Positions 1 to 10,202 of a stretch of DNA of 64,000 nucleotides are shown here, in pieces (positions within the stretch are counted from its first letter, which is position 1; the number at the start of each line of letters is the position of its first letter). The DNA is from Candidatus Krumholzibacteriia bacterium. GTDB taxonomy: Bacteria > Krumholzibacteriota > Krumholzibacteriia > Krumholzibacteriales > Krumholzibacteriaceae. The position numbers and the translations under genes are program-made. The DNA lies in NCBI GenBank assembly GCA_963836185.1, contig CAWIIQ010000001.1, positions 1,856,001-1,920,000 of the forward strand, given 5' to 3'. Under the pieces are notes generated by a model. It did no database searches and was not told where the DNA came from. It saw nothing but the letters and a program-made list of their open reading frames with translations.

Positions 1-673
1 AGAGGACGACATTTGCAACATCGTCTCCCGATCCGAAACGGCCGAGCGGTATCATGCGGCGCATCTGCTCCTGAACATCCTCCGGGAGGACACCCGTCAT
101 CGGCGTGTCAATGAATCCCGGGGCGATGGCGTTAGCGGTCACTCCCCGGGGAGCAAACTCCTTAGCCACCGATTTTGTAAACCCTATGATGCCGGCCTTG
201 CTCGCAGCGTAATTACTCTGTCCCGCGTTACCCATCTGGCCTATCACCGAAGCTATGTTCACTACGCGTCCGTAACGCTTCTTGAACATGTGCCTGGTGA
301 CGACCTTCGTCATGTTGAACGTGCCGGTGAGGTTGATCTTTATCACGGTATCCCATTCTTCCTCCCCCATGCGGAGAAGGAGATTGTCACGTGTGATCCC
401 GGCGTTGTTGACCAGTATGTGTACCTGATCACGCCAGCCGAGTACCTCCTTGACACATTCCTGGACCTCGGCGTAGTCGGCAACGTTGCACTTTACAGCG
501 ATCGAGCCCTGTCCGGCCTCTTCGATGAGCCCGGCGGTCTCCTTCGCTCCCTCGATATCGACATCGAGGACCGCAACATCGGCACCCTGCCCGGAGAGCG
601 AAAGGGCTATGTCCCTCCCGATCCCTCGCCCGGCGCCTGTAACTATCGCCGTATTTCCATTCAGTCCGGTCAT
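1..673 (-). CDS. fabG: 3-oxoacyl-ACP reductase (3' end runs off the window)
   Basis: Read by hand, not in the ORF track: ATG at 673 gives MTGLNGNTAIVTGAGRGIG (TGxxxGIG), then NAGITRD and GQSNYAASKAG (YxxxK). Lies directly downstream of fabD. Confidence 0.93.
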   Translation of the reverse strand, partial: MTGLNGNTAIVTGAGRGIGRDIALSLSGQGADVAVLDVDIEGAKETAGLIEEAGQGSIAVKCNVADYAEVQECVKEVLGWRDQVHILVNNAGITRDNLLLRMGEEEWDTVIKINLTGTFNMTKVVTRHMFKKRYGRVVNIASVIGQMGNAGQSNYAASKAGIIGFTKSVAKEFAPRGVTANAIAPGFIDTPMTGVLPEDVQEQMRRMIPLGRFGSGDDVANVVL

Positions 674-720
674 TTGGAAAACCTCTATATCAGAAACGCT
701 TCCGCTCGTAAAGGAAATCT

Positions 721-1662
721 TTACGCTACGGTCTCGCGCTCTATGACCTGGGTCAGCTGATCGGCGGTGCCGACAGTCTCTACGCTCCTGGCCCTGTCTA
801 TCCTCTTCATGAGACCGCTGAGCACCTTGCCCGGTCCGACTTCGAGGATCTCCCCGTCCCAACCGGCGGTAAGCACACTCATGGAATCGGACCAGAGGAC
901 CGGGCTGGTAAGCTGCCTCGACAGTGCGTCGATTATCTCCTCGCGCCGTCTTATTATCTTCGCGTCGGCATTGCAGACGACATCAGCCGTAGTATCCTTT
1001 ATCTCGAAACTCTTTATATATTCGACCAGCTCATCCTGCGCCGGAGCGACGAGCGGAGAATGAAACGCCCCGCTGACATTCAGCTTGACGACCTTGCGTA
1101 CACCCTTATCTTCGGCGAGCTTCATAGCCCTGTCAACGGCTTCTATATGACCGGAGATGACGATCTGACCCGGCGAGTTTATATTAGCCAGCACGACCAC
1201 AGTATCGCCCGTACTCGCTTCCTCGCATACGGCTCTTACATCCTCAGTCTCCATACCGATGATAGCGGCCATGGTGCCGGGCTGCCTCAGCCCCGCGTCG
1301 AACATAAGCTCTCCGCGCATGCGCACTATACGCAGGGCATCCATGTCGTCGAACGCACCGGCCGCTGCCAGCGCCGAATACTCACCGAGGCTGTGACCAG
1401 CGACGATAGACGGCTCCAGGCCCGCCTCGTCCTTCATGACGCGCGCGACGGCCAGGCTGTTTAGAAGGATCGCCGGCTGGGCGTTCCTCGTCTCGGTAAG
1501 CACTTCGGTATCGCCTTCGAAAGAGAGCTTCGATATGCTGAATCCGAGGATATCGTCAGCCTCTTCGTAGATCCTCGCGACTGCGGGGAACCGCTCGGCC
1601 AGATCCTTTCCCATTCCTGTAAACTGTGACCCCTGACCCGGGAACAACATCGCTGTCTTCAT
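721..1662 (-). CDS. fabD: malonyl-CoA-ACP transacylase
   Basis: FPGQGSQ, GHSLGEY and GAFHS motifs; fab operon context. Confidence 0.97.
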   Translation of the reverse strand: MKTAMLFPGQGSQFTGMGKDLAERFPAVARIYEEADDILGFSISKLSFEGDTEVLTETRNAQPAILLNSLAVARVMKDEAGLEPSIVAGHSLGEYSALAAAGAFDDMDALRIVRMRGELMFDAGLRQPGTMAAIIGMETEDVRAVCEEASTGDTVVVLANINSPGQIVISGHIEAVDRAMKLAEDKGVRKVVKLNVSGAFHSPLVAPAQDELVEYIKSFEIKDTTADVVCNADAKIIRRREEIIDALSRQLTSPVLWSDSMSVLTAGWDGEILEVGPGKVLSGLMKRIDRARSVETVGTADQLTQVIERETVA

Positions 1663-1690
1663 TCTTGTGTCTCCTCTATAATATCCGCGG

Positions 1691-2689
1691 TCAGTACTTG
1701 ATCAGCGCGGCGCCCCATGTCAGGCCGCCGCCGAACGCGACCATTATAACGAGGTCGCCCTTCTTGAGGGTACCGCTCTCTTTCAATTCGGAGAACGCTA
1801 TCGGTATACTCGCCGACGACGTGTTTCCTACACGGTCTATATTTACTACTACCTGTTCTTTCTTCAATTTCAGGCGCTTCCTGACCCCTTCGATTATCCT
1901 TATATTCGCCTGATGCGGTATCAGGAAACTTACATCCTCTGCCCCGAGGCCCGCTTCCTTGAGCGTATGTCTGGCGGCATCTACCATCGCCCTGACAGCG
2001 TACTTGAAGAGTCCGTCGCCCTTCATCTTTATATACTGATCCCCCGCCTCGATACTTTCGGCCGTAAGTGGCGTCTTCGAACCGCCGGCGGTGATGTAGA
2101 GCAGTTCCTTTTCGCCGCCGTCGCTCTGCATGAAAGTGCTAAGTACCCCTTCTCCCGGTTTCCCCTCCTCAAGCACAACCGCGCCGCATCCATCTCCGAA
2201 AAGTACACATGTCGTACGGTCGGTGTAATCGGTGATGCTTGAAAGTGTCTCCACACCGATGACAAGGACCTTCTGTGCTTTACCAGCCGAGATCATCGCC
2301 GAACCGACCGAAAGCCCGTATATGAATCCCGAGCACGCTGCGGCAACATCGAATGCCGCGGCTTTTTTCGCGCCGAGCTTCTCCTGCAGCAGGCAGCCTG
2401 TAGACGGGAGAGGCATATCGGGTGTCACCGTAGCAACGATGATCATGTCGAGATCTTTCGGGTCGACTCCCGCATCGGCAAGAGCCATCTTTGCCGCTTC
2501 GAACGCCATATCGCTCGACACCTCACCATCGGCTGCGATATGTCTTTCCCTGATCCCCGAGCGGGTCAGGATCCACTCATCGCTCGTGTCGACAATCTTC
2601 TCGAAATCGGCGTTGGTCAGGATCTTTTCGGGAAGGTAATGCCCGATCCCGGTTATCCTGGCGCCTTTCGGCTCACACGGTTTTATCAC
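1691..2689 (-). CDS. fabH: beta-ketoacyl-ACP synthase III
   Basis: AACSGF, PHQAN and GNTSSAS catalytic motifs. Confidence 0.97.
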   Translation of the reverse strand: MIKPCEPKGARITGIGHYLPEKILTNADFEKIVDTSDEWILTRSGIRERHIAADGEVSSDMAFEAAKMALADAGVDPKDLDMIIVATVTPDMPLPSTGCLLQEKLGAKKAAAFDVAAACSGFIYGLSVGSAMISAGKAQKVLVIGVETLSSITDYTDRTTCVLFGDGCGAVVLEEGKPGEGVLSTFMQSDGGEKELLYITAGGSKTPLTAESIEAGDQYIKMKGDGLFKYAVRAMVDAARHTLKEAGLGAEDVSFLIPHQANIRIIEGVRKRLKLKKEQVVVNIDRVGNTSSASIPIAFSELKESGTLKKGDLVIMVAFGGGLTWGAALIKY

Positions 2690-3690
2690 TGCGTTTCCTT
2701 TATTCTATCCTTTATGCTCCCGTTCACGTCGAGTTTCACGAATTTCTCGGCGGCCAGGACGGCGTTCTTGACAGCCTTGGCGGATGATCCGCCGTGACCG
2801 ATTATCGTTACGCCGTCGATTCCGAGGAGCGGCATACCGCCGTACTCCGCGTAATCGAGCGATCTTCCCATCTTTTTCAAGACCGGTTTGAGGAATCCAG
2901 CACCGATCTTCGCCCTGAAGCTTTCCTCGATACCTTCCTTGATGATGTTGCCGAAATAGTGAGCGACACTCTCGGCAAACTTCAGAAGGACGTTCCCGGT
3001 GAACCCGTCTGTTACGACGACATCCACCTTACCCGCGATCACGTCCATTCCCTCGACATTACCTGCGAAGTTCAGTCCGCTCGCAGCGAGAAGCTCGTGG
3101 GCTTCCCTGGTCAACTCGCTCCCCTTGGAGGATTCCTCGCCAATATTGAGCAACCCGACCTTAGGGTCCTTCCTGCCGAGTATCAGCTCCGCATAGGCGG
3201 CGCCCATGTACCCGAACTGCTCGAGATGCATCGGCACGTTGTCCGAATTCGCCCCCCCGTCGAGCACTATCGTCCCGCCGTTACGCGATGGAAAGAAGAG
3301 GGCTATCGCGGGCCGGTCGATGCCCGGCATCCTGCCGAGTGAAAGGAGCGAACTGGCGACTGCAGCTCCGGTATTACCGGCGCTTACCACCGCGTCCGCC
3401 TTTCCCTCCTTGTGAAGCCTTGTCGCAACGACGATAGACGCCTCGCGTTTGCGCCTTATAGCGGTCGCCGGACTCTCCGACATGCTGATCACATCAGGAG
3501 CGTGGACGATCTCGATATTTCCAGTGGAAAGTCCGCTTTCGGAAATATAGCGTTCGAGCTCATCCTGCCGGCCGACGAGTATCAGCTCGAAACGTCCATT
3601 GGCTTCATTCGCTGCTTCGACAGCTCCATCTACAATAGCCTCGGGCGCATTGTCGCCGCCCATGGCATCAAGTGCTATCCTCATCGCCAT
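2686..3690 (-). CDS. plsX: phosphate acyltransferase PlsX
   Basis: IALDAMGGDNAP, SAGNTGA, DGFTGNV and GHGGS motifs. Confidence 0.97.
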   Translation of the reverse strand: MAMRIALDAMGGDNAPEAIVDGAVEAANEANGRFELILVGRQDELERYISESGLSTGNIEIVHAPDVISMSESPATAIRRKREASIVVATRLHKEGKADAVVSAGNTGAAVASSLLSLGRMPGIDRPAIALFFPSRNGGTIVLDGGANSDNVPMHLEQFGYMGAAYAELILGRKDPKVGLLNIGEESSKGSELTREAHELLAASGLNFAGNVEGMDVIAGKVDVVVTDGFTGNVLLKFAESVAHYFGNIIKEGIEESFRAKIGAGFLKPVLKKMGRSLDYAEYGGMPLLGIDGVTIIGHGGSSAKAVKNAVLAAEKFVKLDVNGSIKDRIKETQ

Positions 3691-3750
3691 ACCCGCTCCG
3701 GACCTTCAGTCCGGGTAACAGCCTCTAAAGGAGAGTGCGGCAAAGATGGC

Positions 3751-3939
3751 CTAACTCTCTTCTTCCTGGGGCTTGATTACCTCACGTCCCGCATAATAGC
3801 CACAGCTGGGGCATACCACGTGGGGCTGCTTGGGCTGATGGCAGTGCGAACACTTGGCTGCGGTAGGGGGCTGGGCTTTCCAGTGAGCCCGCCGCATGTT
3901 CTTTTTAGATTTCGATGTCCTTCTCTTCGGGACTGCCAT
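3751..3939 (-). CDS. rpmF: 50S ribosomal protein L32 (zinc-ribbon type)
   Basis: MAVPKRRTSKSKKNMRRAH, two CxxC motifs; GGAG SD upstream. Confidence 0.97.
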   Translation of the reverse strand: MAVPKRRTSKSKKNMRRAHWKAQPPTAAKCSHCHQPKQPHVVCPSCGYYAGREVIKPQEEES

Positions 3940-3954
3940 ATCTACTCCTCACGA

Positions 3955-4115
3955 TTCCCGGGAATATTGTCCCGGTTCCCGTCAATATTGCTCCGTTTCT
4001 CTCCGTCATATCCCCGGTTCCCGGGAATATTGCTCCGTTTCTCTCCGTCATATCCCCGGTTCCCGGGAATATTGCTCCGTTTCTCTCCGTCATATCCCCG
4101 GTTCCCGGGAATATT
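3955..4115. repeat. 42-bp tandem repeat, 3 full copies plus 2 partial
   Basis: Unit ttcccgggaatattgctccgtttctctccgtcatatccccgg at 4018-4059 and 4060-4101; a 2-mismatch copy at 3976-4017; partial copies at 3955-3975 and 4102-4115. Confidence 0.95.
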
Positions 4116-4648
4116 CACTTATCGTCTTCTTCTTTCAACAGTTTTTTAAGGGGGCCCCACCTCGGATCGACAGTCTTCTCACCGCAATCACAGGCTCCCT
4201 CGTTCAGATCCGTCCCACAACCGGGACAGATACCAGCGCAACTCTCTGCGCACAAATACTTTATGGGCATATCGAGGACTACCGCCTCGTGGACCGCGGG
4301 GAAGATATCGAAATCGAATTCCTGCGCCTCATTGATCTGCACGAAATCCTCTTCCTCGTTCCCCCCGTGCCCCCTGCCTCCCCGGTGCAGCATCATGCTG
4401 AATTCCGCAACTACCCTGAAATCAAACGCTTTCAGGCATCTGCTGCAGTCGCCGCTGATGTCTGCTTCTATTCGCCCCTCGAGCAGATACCTGCTGCCCG
4501 TCCGGGTCGATTCGGCCGTTACGGATGCCCTGCAGGGTATATCCTTCCCCTCGGGACCGCGGACCGGAAACTCCTCTTCGAAGGTGAAGGTATCCCTGTC
4601 AGCACTATGACCGAGATCCAGCCCCATTCTTGGAAAATCCTTTTCCAT
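4115..4648 (-). CDS. yceD: YceD/DUF177 family protein
   Basis: CSRCL, LCAESCAGICPGCG and DPRWGPLK; canonical position upstream of rpmF. Confidence 0.92.
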   Translation of the reverse strand: MEKDFPRMGLDLGHSADRDTFTFEEEFPVRGPEGKDIPCRASVTAESTRTGSRYLLEGRIEADISGDCSRCLKAFDFRVVAEFSMMLHRGGRGHGGNEEEDFVQINEAQEFDFDIFPAVHEAVVLDMPIKYLCAESCAGICPGCGTDLNEGACDCGEKTVDPRWGPLKKLLKEEDDK

Positions 4649-4660
4649 GAAGCGTTTATA

Positions 4661-5068
4661 TTAGTCTTCAGTGAAGACTATAGCAAGTTCTTTTTCAGCC
4701 GACTCGGGCGCATCTGAGGCATGAACGGCATTTGCCTGCAGAGAAGTGCCATACATGTACCTGATCGTCCCCGGCCGGGCGTCGGCAGGATCGGTAGCCC
4801 CTACCAGTTCCCTGGTCAGGGCGATCACGTCCCCCTCCTTCTCCAGTTCGAGGCCGATCACGTCGCCTGAGACGATATATTTCATCAGATCGGCGAAGAA
4901 CGGCTTATCCTTATGGATACCATAGAATTCGGCTGCCTGAGCATCGTCGAATCTGAACATCTTCATCCTTCTTATGGTCCACCGGTTCTTCAGAAGGAGA
5001 TCTATTATCTGACCCTGGAGGCCGGCAGCGACCGCCTCGGGCTTTATCATCAGGTATGTACTCGGCAC
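4661..5068 (-). CDS. ndk: nucleoside diphosphate kinase
   Basis: MIKPEAV, GATDP, PGTIR and NAVHASD; GTG start with GGAGG SD. Confidence 0.95.
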   Translation of the reverse strand: MPSTYLMIKPEAVAAGLQGQIIDLLLKNRWTIRRMKMFRFDDAQAAEFYGIHKDKPFFADLMKYIVSGDVIGLELEKEGDVIALTRELVGATDPADARPGTIRYMYGTSLQANAVHASDAPESAEKELAIVFTED

Positions 5069-5079
5069 TTTTCCTCCAA

Positions 5080-5949
5080 TTAAACAAGTCTCTTCATTAT
5101 ATCCACTATCTGAGCAGGCGTGTCGGCCACCTCGACGCCCACTGCGGCGAACGCGGCGACCTTCTCTGCCGCTGTTCCCGTTCCTCCTGATACGATGGCG
5201 CCGGCATGGCCCATCCTCTTGCCCGGAGGGGCGGAATGCCCGGCGATAAAGACTCCCACCTTCTTTGGATAGCCGTTCTTTATCATCTCAGCTGCGAGTT
5301 CCTCGTCGTTCCCTCCGATCTCACCGATCAGTACGACCGCATCGGTCTCATCGTCGGCGGCAAAGAGTTCCATCGTATCGAGCAGGTTCGTCCCCACGAT
5401 CGGATCGCCTCCGATACCGATGCATGTCGACTGCCCCAGGCCATTCTGCGTGAGATGGTACACGATCTCGTATGTAAGCGTACCGCTTCTCGACACGACG
5501 CCGATGTTACCCTCGGTATGGATGTCGCCCGGCATGATCCCGACCTTTGAGCGTCCCGGAGAGATGATCCCCGGGCTGTTCGGCCCGATCAGCCTCGTCC
5601 CGCGCTCGGTGATGAAGGGAAGGACCTTGACCATGTCCTTGACCGGCAGTCCCTCGGAGATGCAGACGACCAGCTCGCAGCCCGCATCCGAGGCCTCGCA
5701 GATCGCATCGGCTGCGAATGCCGCGGGAACGTAGATCACGCTCGTGTTCGCTCCGGTAGCGGCAACTGCATCGGCCATCGAGTCGAATACCGGAACGCCG
5801 TCTTCGGTCTTCTGCCCACCCTTGCCAGGAGTGACTCCTCCGACCACGTTCGTCCCATAAGAGACCATCTGGCTGGCGTGGAAACCGCCGTCCCTGCCAG
5901 TGATCCCCTGGACGACCAACTTCGTCTTTTTATCAACAAGAATACTCAA
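5080..5949 (-). CDS. sucD: succinyl-CoA synthetase alpha subunit
   Basis: [15 protein letters not shown] and RMGHAGA phospho-His motif; TTG start. Confidence 0.96.
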   Translation of the reverse strand: MSILVDKKTKLVVQGITGRDGGFHASQMVSYGTNVVGGVTPGKGGQKTEDGVPVFDSMADAVAATGANTSVIYVPAAFAADAICEASDAGCELVVCISEGLPVKDMVKVLPFITERGTRLIGPNSPGIISPGRSKVGIMPGDIHTEGNIGVVSRSGTLTYEIVYHLTQNGLGQSTCIGIGGDPIVGTNLLDTMELFAADDETDAVVLIGEIGGNDEELAAEMIKNGYPKKVGVFIAGHSAPPGKRMGHAGAIVSGGTGTAAEKVAAFAAVGVEVADTPAQIVDIMKRLV

Positions 5950-5968
5950 GACCAGATTCCTTTCGATT

Positions 5969-7099
5969 CTAACCGGCCGCTTCTATTGCCTTCTTTACAG
6001 CGTCCTCCATATCGTCGGCCGCGATCATCTCGGTACTCGCGAGGATCTCCTTCGCCTCACGTTCGTTCGTACCGGTGAGCCTGACGACAAGCGGTATATC
6101 GAGTCCGAGCTTTTTCTTCGCATCGATCAATCCGTTAGCCACATCGTCGCACCTCGTGATCCCTCCGAATATATTTATCAGGATCGATTTAACATTGTCG
6201 TCACGGAGGATGATCTTCATGGCGGAGAGGACCTTCTCGGGACTCGAGCTCCCTCCGATGTCGAGGAAGTTCGCAGGCTCGCCGCCGAAATGCTTGATCA
6301 TGTCCATCGTGGCCATCGCCAGCCCTGCGCCGTTGACGATGCAGCCGATCCTTCCGTCAAGTTTGACGAAAGAGAGATCGGCCTCCCTCGCCTCGACCTC
6401 GCCCTGGTCCTCAGCCGCATCGTCCCTCATCTCGGCGATATCCGGATGCCTGAAGAGGGCGTTGTCGTCGAGATTTATCTTCGCGTCGATCGCCCATACC
6501 TTGCCGTCCGGATCCTCGACGAGAGGATTTATTTCGGCCAGCGAGGCGTCCGAGCCCATAAATGCGGTGTAAAGACCGGCCAGTGCCTTGCCTATCTGCT
6601 TCGCTACAGCCTTGTCCCCGCTGAGGAAGGACGACAGCCTTCTTACCTGGAAGGGCAAGAGCCCCCCTTCAGGATTGACGGGCAGCTTGAGGATCTTCTC
6701 CGGAGTACTCCTGGCTACTTCCTCGATATCGACTCCGCCTGCCGGAGAGACCATAATCATCGGCCTCCTCGAACCGCGGTCGAATATCATCCCGACATAG
6801 AACTCCTTGTCTATATCGACAGCCTTCGCCACGAGGACCTTCTCGACAGTCAGTCCCTTTATGTCGAGCCCCAGTATCGCTTCAGCCTTCTCGACGGCCT
6901 CTTCGGGAGTCGACGCGAGCTTGACGCCGCCAGCCTTTCCACGCCCGCCCACGAGTACCTGGGCCTTGACCACCACGGGACAGCCGAGTTCCGCCGCCGC
7001 GGCTTTAGCGTCCTGAGCCTTCGTGATCATCCTGCTCGGCGGTACGGGGAGCCCGTAAGAGGCAAATATTCCCCGCGCGTCCGCTTCGTGAATCTTCAA
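5969..7099 (-). CDS. sucC: succinyl-CoA synthetase beta subunit
   Basis: [25 protein letters not shown] and [10 protein letters not shown]; TTG start. Confidence 0.96.
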   Translation of the reverse strand: MKIHEADARGIFASYGLPVPPSRMITKAQDAKAAAAELGCPVVVKAQVLVGGRGKAGGVKLASTPEEAVEKAEAILGLDIKGLTVEKVLVAKAVDIDKEFYVGMIFDRGSRRPMIMVSPAGGVDIEEVARSTPEKILKLPVNPEGGLLPFQVRRLSSFLSGDKAVAKQIGKALAGLYTAFMGSDASLAEINPLVEDPDGKVWAIDAKINLDDNALFRHPDIAEMRDDAAEDQGEVEAREADLSFVKLDGRIGCIVNGAGLAMATMDMIKHFGGEPANFLDIGGSSSPEKVLSAMKIILRDDNVKSILINIFGGITRCDDVANGLIDAKKKLGLDIPLVVRLTGTNEREAKEILASTEMIAADDMEDAVKKAIEAAG

Positions 7100-7116
7100 T
7101 GCAAACCTCCAGCTCT

Positions 7117-8433
7117 TTACTTCAGGTAGTCAGCCAGTGCGTCCTTCAGATCGGGCTTGCCGATCTCTGCCAGGTCGTAGCTGACCCTGACGGAAGGCTG
7201 CGGAATATTGATGATGCGCTGGAGATCGATCGGCGTACCGATGACTACCGCGTCGCATTCGACCTTCGCCATAGTCTTCTCGAGGTCCTTGATCTGCTCC
7301 TCGCCGTATCCCATCGCCGGCAGAAGCTGCCCGACCTCGGGATACCTCTCGAACGTCCTCGCGAGTTTTCCCGTCGCCCATGGGCGCGGATCTACGAGGT
7401 CGGCCGCTCCGAACTTGAGCGCGGCCATTACGGCGGCGCCGTATTTCATCCCGCCGTGAGTCAGAGTCGGTCCATCCTCGATACAGAGGACCTTCTTGCC
7501 CTTGATCAGTGAGGGATCAGAGACAGTAAGCGGAGACGCCGCGTCCACGACCATTGCTTCGGGGTTCCACTCAGCGATATTCTCCCTTACCTCTTCGACA
7601 CCGCAGAGATCAGCCGTGTCGATCTTGTTGATGACGATCACGTCGGCCATCAACAGGTTGGTGAATCCGGGATAGTACTCGAGCTCGTGTCCCGCCCTGT
7701 GAGGATCGACGACCGTGATCGCCAGGTCCGGCTTGTAGAAAGGCAGATCGTTATTGCCGCCGTCCCAGAGGATGACGTCCGCTTCCTTCTCCGCCTCACG
7801 CAGGATCGCCTCATAGTCGACACCGGCGTAGATGATGACACCGGCGACGATGTGGGGCTCGTACTCTTCCATCTCTTCGATGGTGCACTCGTGCGTCTTG
7901 AGGTCCTCGAGTGACGCGAACCTCTGGACGGCCTGCTTCGCGAGGTCGCCGTAAGGCATCGGGTGACGGATCGCGACGACCTTCTTGCCCGCCTCGATCA
8001 GGAGCTCGGCGACGCGCCTCGTCGTCTGGCTCTTGCCGCATCCCGTACGGGTCGCGCATATCGAGATCAGAGGTTTTGTCGACTTGACCATCGTCGGATC
8101 GGCGCCGGCTATCGTGAAATGCGCTCCGAGTGAGTTGACGATCTGGGCCTTCTCCATCACGTACTGATGCGAGACGTCGCTGTATGAGAACAGGACCTCC
8201 TCGACATCCTTGTTGACGATCAGGTCCTCGAGTTCCGACTCGTCATGGATGGGAATACCGTTCGGATAGAGATCTCCCGCGAGTACGGCGGGGTACTTCC
8301 TGCCTGCGATATCGGGGATCTGCGTAGCTGTAAAAGCGACTATCTCCACCGAATCATTCTCACGGTACAGCGTGTTGAAGTTATGGAAATCCCTTCCTGC
8401 CGCGCCCATTATAAGGATCCTTCTCTTGTCCAT
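7117..8433 (-). CDS. arcE: COG2403 P-loop protein (cDPG-synthetase-like 'GTPase' family), probable arginine synthetase
   Basis: GAAGRDFHNFN, AFTATQIP, RTGCGKS, RHPMPYG, TIEEMEEYE, WDGGNND, EDGPTLTHG and PAMGY signatures. The ArcE assignment rests on recalled family similarity. Confidence 0.7.
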   Translation of the reverse strand: MDKRRILIMGAAGRDFHNFNTLYRENDSVEIVAFTATQIPDIAGRKYPAVLAGDLYPNGIPIHDESELEDLIVNKDVEEVLFSYSDVSHQYVMEKAQIVNSLGAHFTIAGADPTMVKSTKPLISICATRTGCGKSQTTRRVAELLIEAGKKVVAIRHPMPYGDLAKQAVQRFASLEDLKTHECTIEEMEEYEPHIVAGVIIYAGVDYEAILREAEKEADVILWDGGNNDLPFYKPDLAITVVDPHRAGHELEYYPGFTNLLMADVIVINKIDTADLCGVEEVRENIAEWNPEAMVVDAASPLTVSDPSLIKGKKVLCIEDGPTLTHGGMKYGAAVMAALKFGAADLVDPRPWATGKLARTFERYPEVGQLLPAMGYGEEQIKDLEKTMAKVECDAVVIGTPIDLQRIINIPQPSVRVSYDLAEIGKPDLKDALADYLK

Positions 8434-8489
8434 TCTTCTTCGACCTCCACTTTCCTGTGGTTTGAAGTTACCTGCGGTTTTAAAGCTGT

Positions 8490-8999
8490 CTATTGATCCT
8501 TCGGCGGCATCTTCTCGATGATGCCGCTTGAAGAGTATCCTTTTACCATCTCGATCCTCTCGACCCTTCCGCCATTCGCGAGGACAAAATCTTCGCCGAC
8601 TATCTCCCCGCTTCCATACTCGGCACCCTTGACGAGGACGTCGGGCTCAAGGGCCTCGATCGTCTCGATCGGTGTATCCTCTCCGAAAACGGTCACGTAA
8701 TCTACGCTTCTGAGCCCGAGCAGGACATGAGCCCTGTCCAACTCGCAGTTCAGCGGCCTTCCCTCACCCTTAAGGCGCTTTACCGAATCGTCGCTGTTGA
8801 TCCCGACGACAAGGCAATCACCCATCGCTCTTGCCTGATCGAGCAGCGTGACATGCCCGCGATGAATTATATCGAAGCACCCGTTGGTGAAGACTATCGA
8901 AAGGCTGGAATTCTCCCTGCGGAAGTCACCGAGGCCTTCTCTCGCTATCGTTCTTCTCGAAAGGTCGTTCATATTATCAGGCCGGGAAAGCCCCGGCAA
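8490..8999 (-). CDS. rfaE2: D-glycero-beta-D-manno-heptose 1-phosphate adenylyltransferase
   Basis: FTNGCFDIIHRGH, NSDDSVKRLKG and PDVLVKG. The true start may be a few codons downstream. Confidence 0.92.
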   Translation of the reverse strand: MPGLSRPDNMNDLSRRTIAREGLGDFRRENSSLSIVFTNGCFDIIHRGHVTLLDQARAMGDCLVVGINSDDSVKRLKGEGRPLNCELDRAHVLLGLRSVDYVTVFGEDTPIETIEALEPDVLVKGAEYGSGEIVGEDFVLANGGRVERIEMVKGYSSSGIIEKMPPKDQ

Positions 9000-9951
9000 G
9001 CTCTTCGGGAGTGACCGCGGCCGTTCCGATCTCCCTGACCACGATACCGGCCGCCGCGTTGGCCAGTTCTATAGAATCGTAGAGCGATGCTCCGGCAGCG
9101 AGGCCGGCGGCGAGCACGCTTATCACCGTATCGCCGGCGCCCGTGACATCGTATACCTCGCTCGCCCTTGTCGGGAAATGCCTCGACGCCCGGCCCGTCT
9201 CGAAGAGGGTCATCCCCTCTTCGCCCCGCGTTATAAGGACGGCCTTTGCCTCGAGGTCTGAGAGAAGCGAGCTCCCTACCTTCTTCAGCTGCCTGTCATC
9301 CGAGATCCGGATGTTATAGAATGCACCCGCCTCGTTGAGATTCGGCGTCACTGCCCATGCGCCCTTATAGAGAGGGAAATGGCCGACCTTGGGATCTATG
9401 ATGATCGGAACACTGTCGCCGCAGATCTCGCGGAGAGCGTCCATCACGGCCATGGATACGACGCCTTTGCCGTAATCGGATACGATCACCGCGCCCGCGC
9501 CTTCGACCGCCTTCTTCACTGAAGTCTTCAGCCTGCCGAGCGAGCGCCCCTGCAATTCATCACTCGTCTCGAAATCAGCGCGCACGACCTGCTGGCTGTG
9601 AGCGAGTATCCTTATCTTCTCTGTTGTAACGCGGCCACTGTCGGCCATGATGTAACCGGTCGGTATCTTCATCCCGCGCAGGAGTTTCTTCATCTCGGCG
9701 CCCTGAGGGTCCCTGCCGATCACGGATGCAAGCCGCGCGTCGCAGCCCAGTGAGACGAGGTTCCACGCAACATTGGCGGCGCCGCCCGGGCGTACGCCAG
9801 TTCTCTGGACATCGACCACGGGAACGGGAGCCTCCGGACTGATACGGTCGACTCGGCCCCAGAAATATCTGTCGAGCATCAGGTCGCCCACAACCGCTAC
9901 CGAGGATTTTCCAATGGCCCGGCATATCCGGCGGGCCTTGCGCCTCTTCAT
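8977..9951 (-). CDS. rfaE1: D-glycero-beta-D-manno-heptose-7-phosphate kinase
   Basis: RISPEAPVPV, GGAANVA, SDYGKG and DVTGAGD (PfkB family). Confidence 0.94.
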   Translation of the reverse strand: MKRRKARRICRAIGKSSVAVVGDLMLDRYFWGRVDRISPEAPVPVVDVQRTGVRPGGAANVAWNLVSLGCDARLASVIGRDPQGAEMKKLLRGMKIPTGYIMADSGRVTTEKIRILAHSQQVVRADFETSDELQGRSLGRLKTSVKKAVEGAGAVIVSDYGKGVVSMAVMDALREICGDSVPIIIDPKVGHFPLYKGAWAVTPNLNEAGAFYNIRISDDRQLKKVGSSLLSDLEAKAVLITRGEEGMTLFETGRASRHFPTRASEVYDVTGAGDTVISVLAAGLAAGASLYDSIELANAAAGIVVREIGTAAVTPEELAGAFPA

Positions 9952-10130
9952 CTCTAGCTCCTGGACTGGATTACGGCGGCAGAGCCGCCAGTCGAAGCAG
10001 CGGCGCCCCCATCATCGGGGCCGCGCCGTCGGTGGGGAATATACCTTCTACCGCATCGGGCAATCAAGGCTTAATATAGCCTGCATAAACGGGATATATC
10101 CATGGCCTGGATGGGAAGTCCTCTGAAACT

Positions 10131-10173
10131 GAAAAAGGAAAGCAGGCCGGTCTCCAGAATCGACCGGCCTGCT
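10131..10173 (-). terminator. intrinsic terminator after the outer-membrane barrel gene
   Basis: 12-bp perfect stem agcaggccggtc/gaccggcctgct (10141-10173), followed on the - strand by TTCCTTTTTC. Confidence 0.75.
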
Positions 10174-10202
10174 CCCTTATGGTTCTGAACTCCAGGCGGT
10201 TA

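Noticed and set aside
3955-4115. CRISPR array
   Set aside because: The units are contiguous and near-identical with no unique spacers, and no cas genes are in the window.
5900-7129. Long antisense ORFs (this one, 35140..36231, 54134..55333, and the 3' part of 41068..42705)
   Set aside because: They are shadow frames of real GC-rich genes with no motifs or SD. Only the first ~75 codons of 41068.. belong to the frameshifted spermidine synthase-like gene.
9955-10130. Riboswitch upstream of rfaE1
   Set aside because: Only short GC hairpins (e.g. ggcggc-aga-gccgcc) are present, with no recognisable aptamer, as expected by chance at this GC content.
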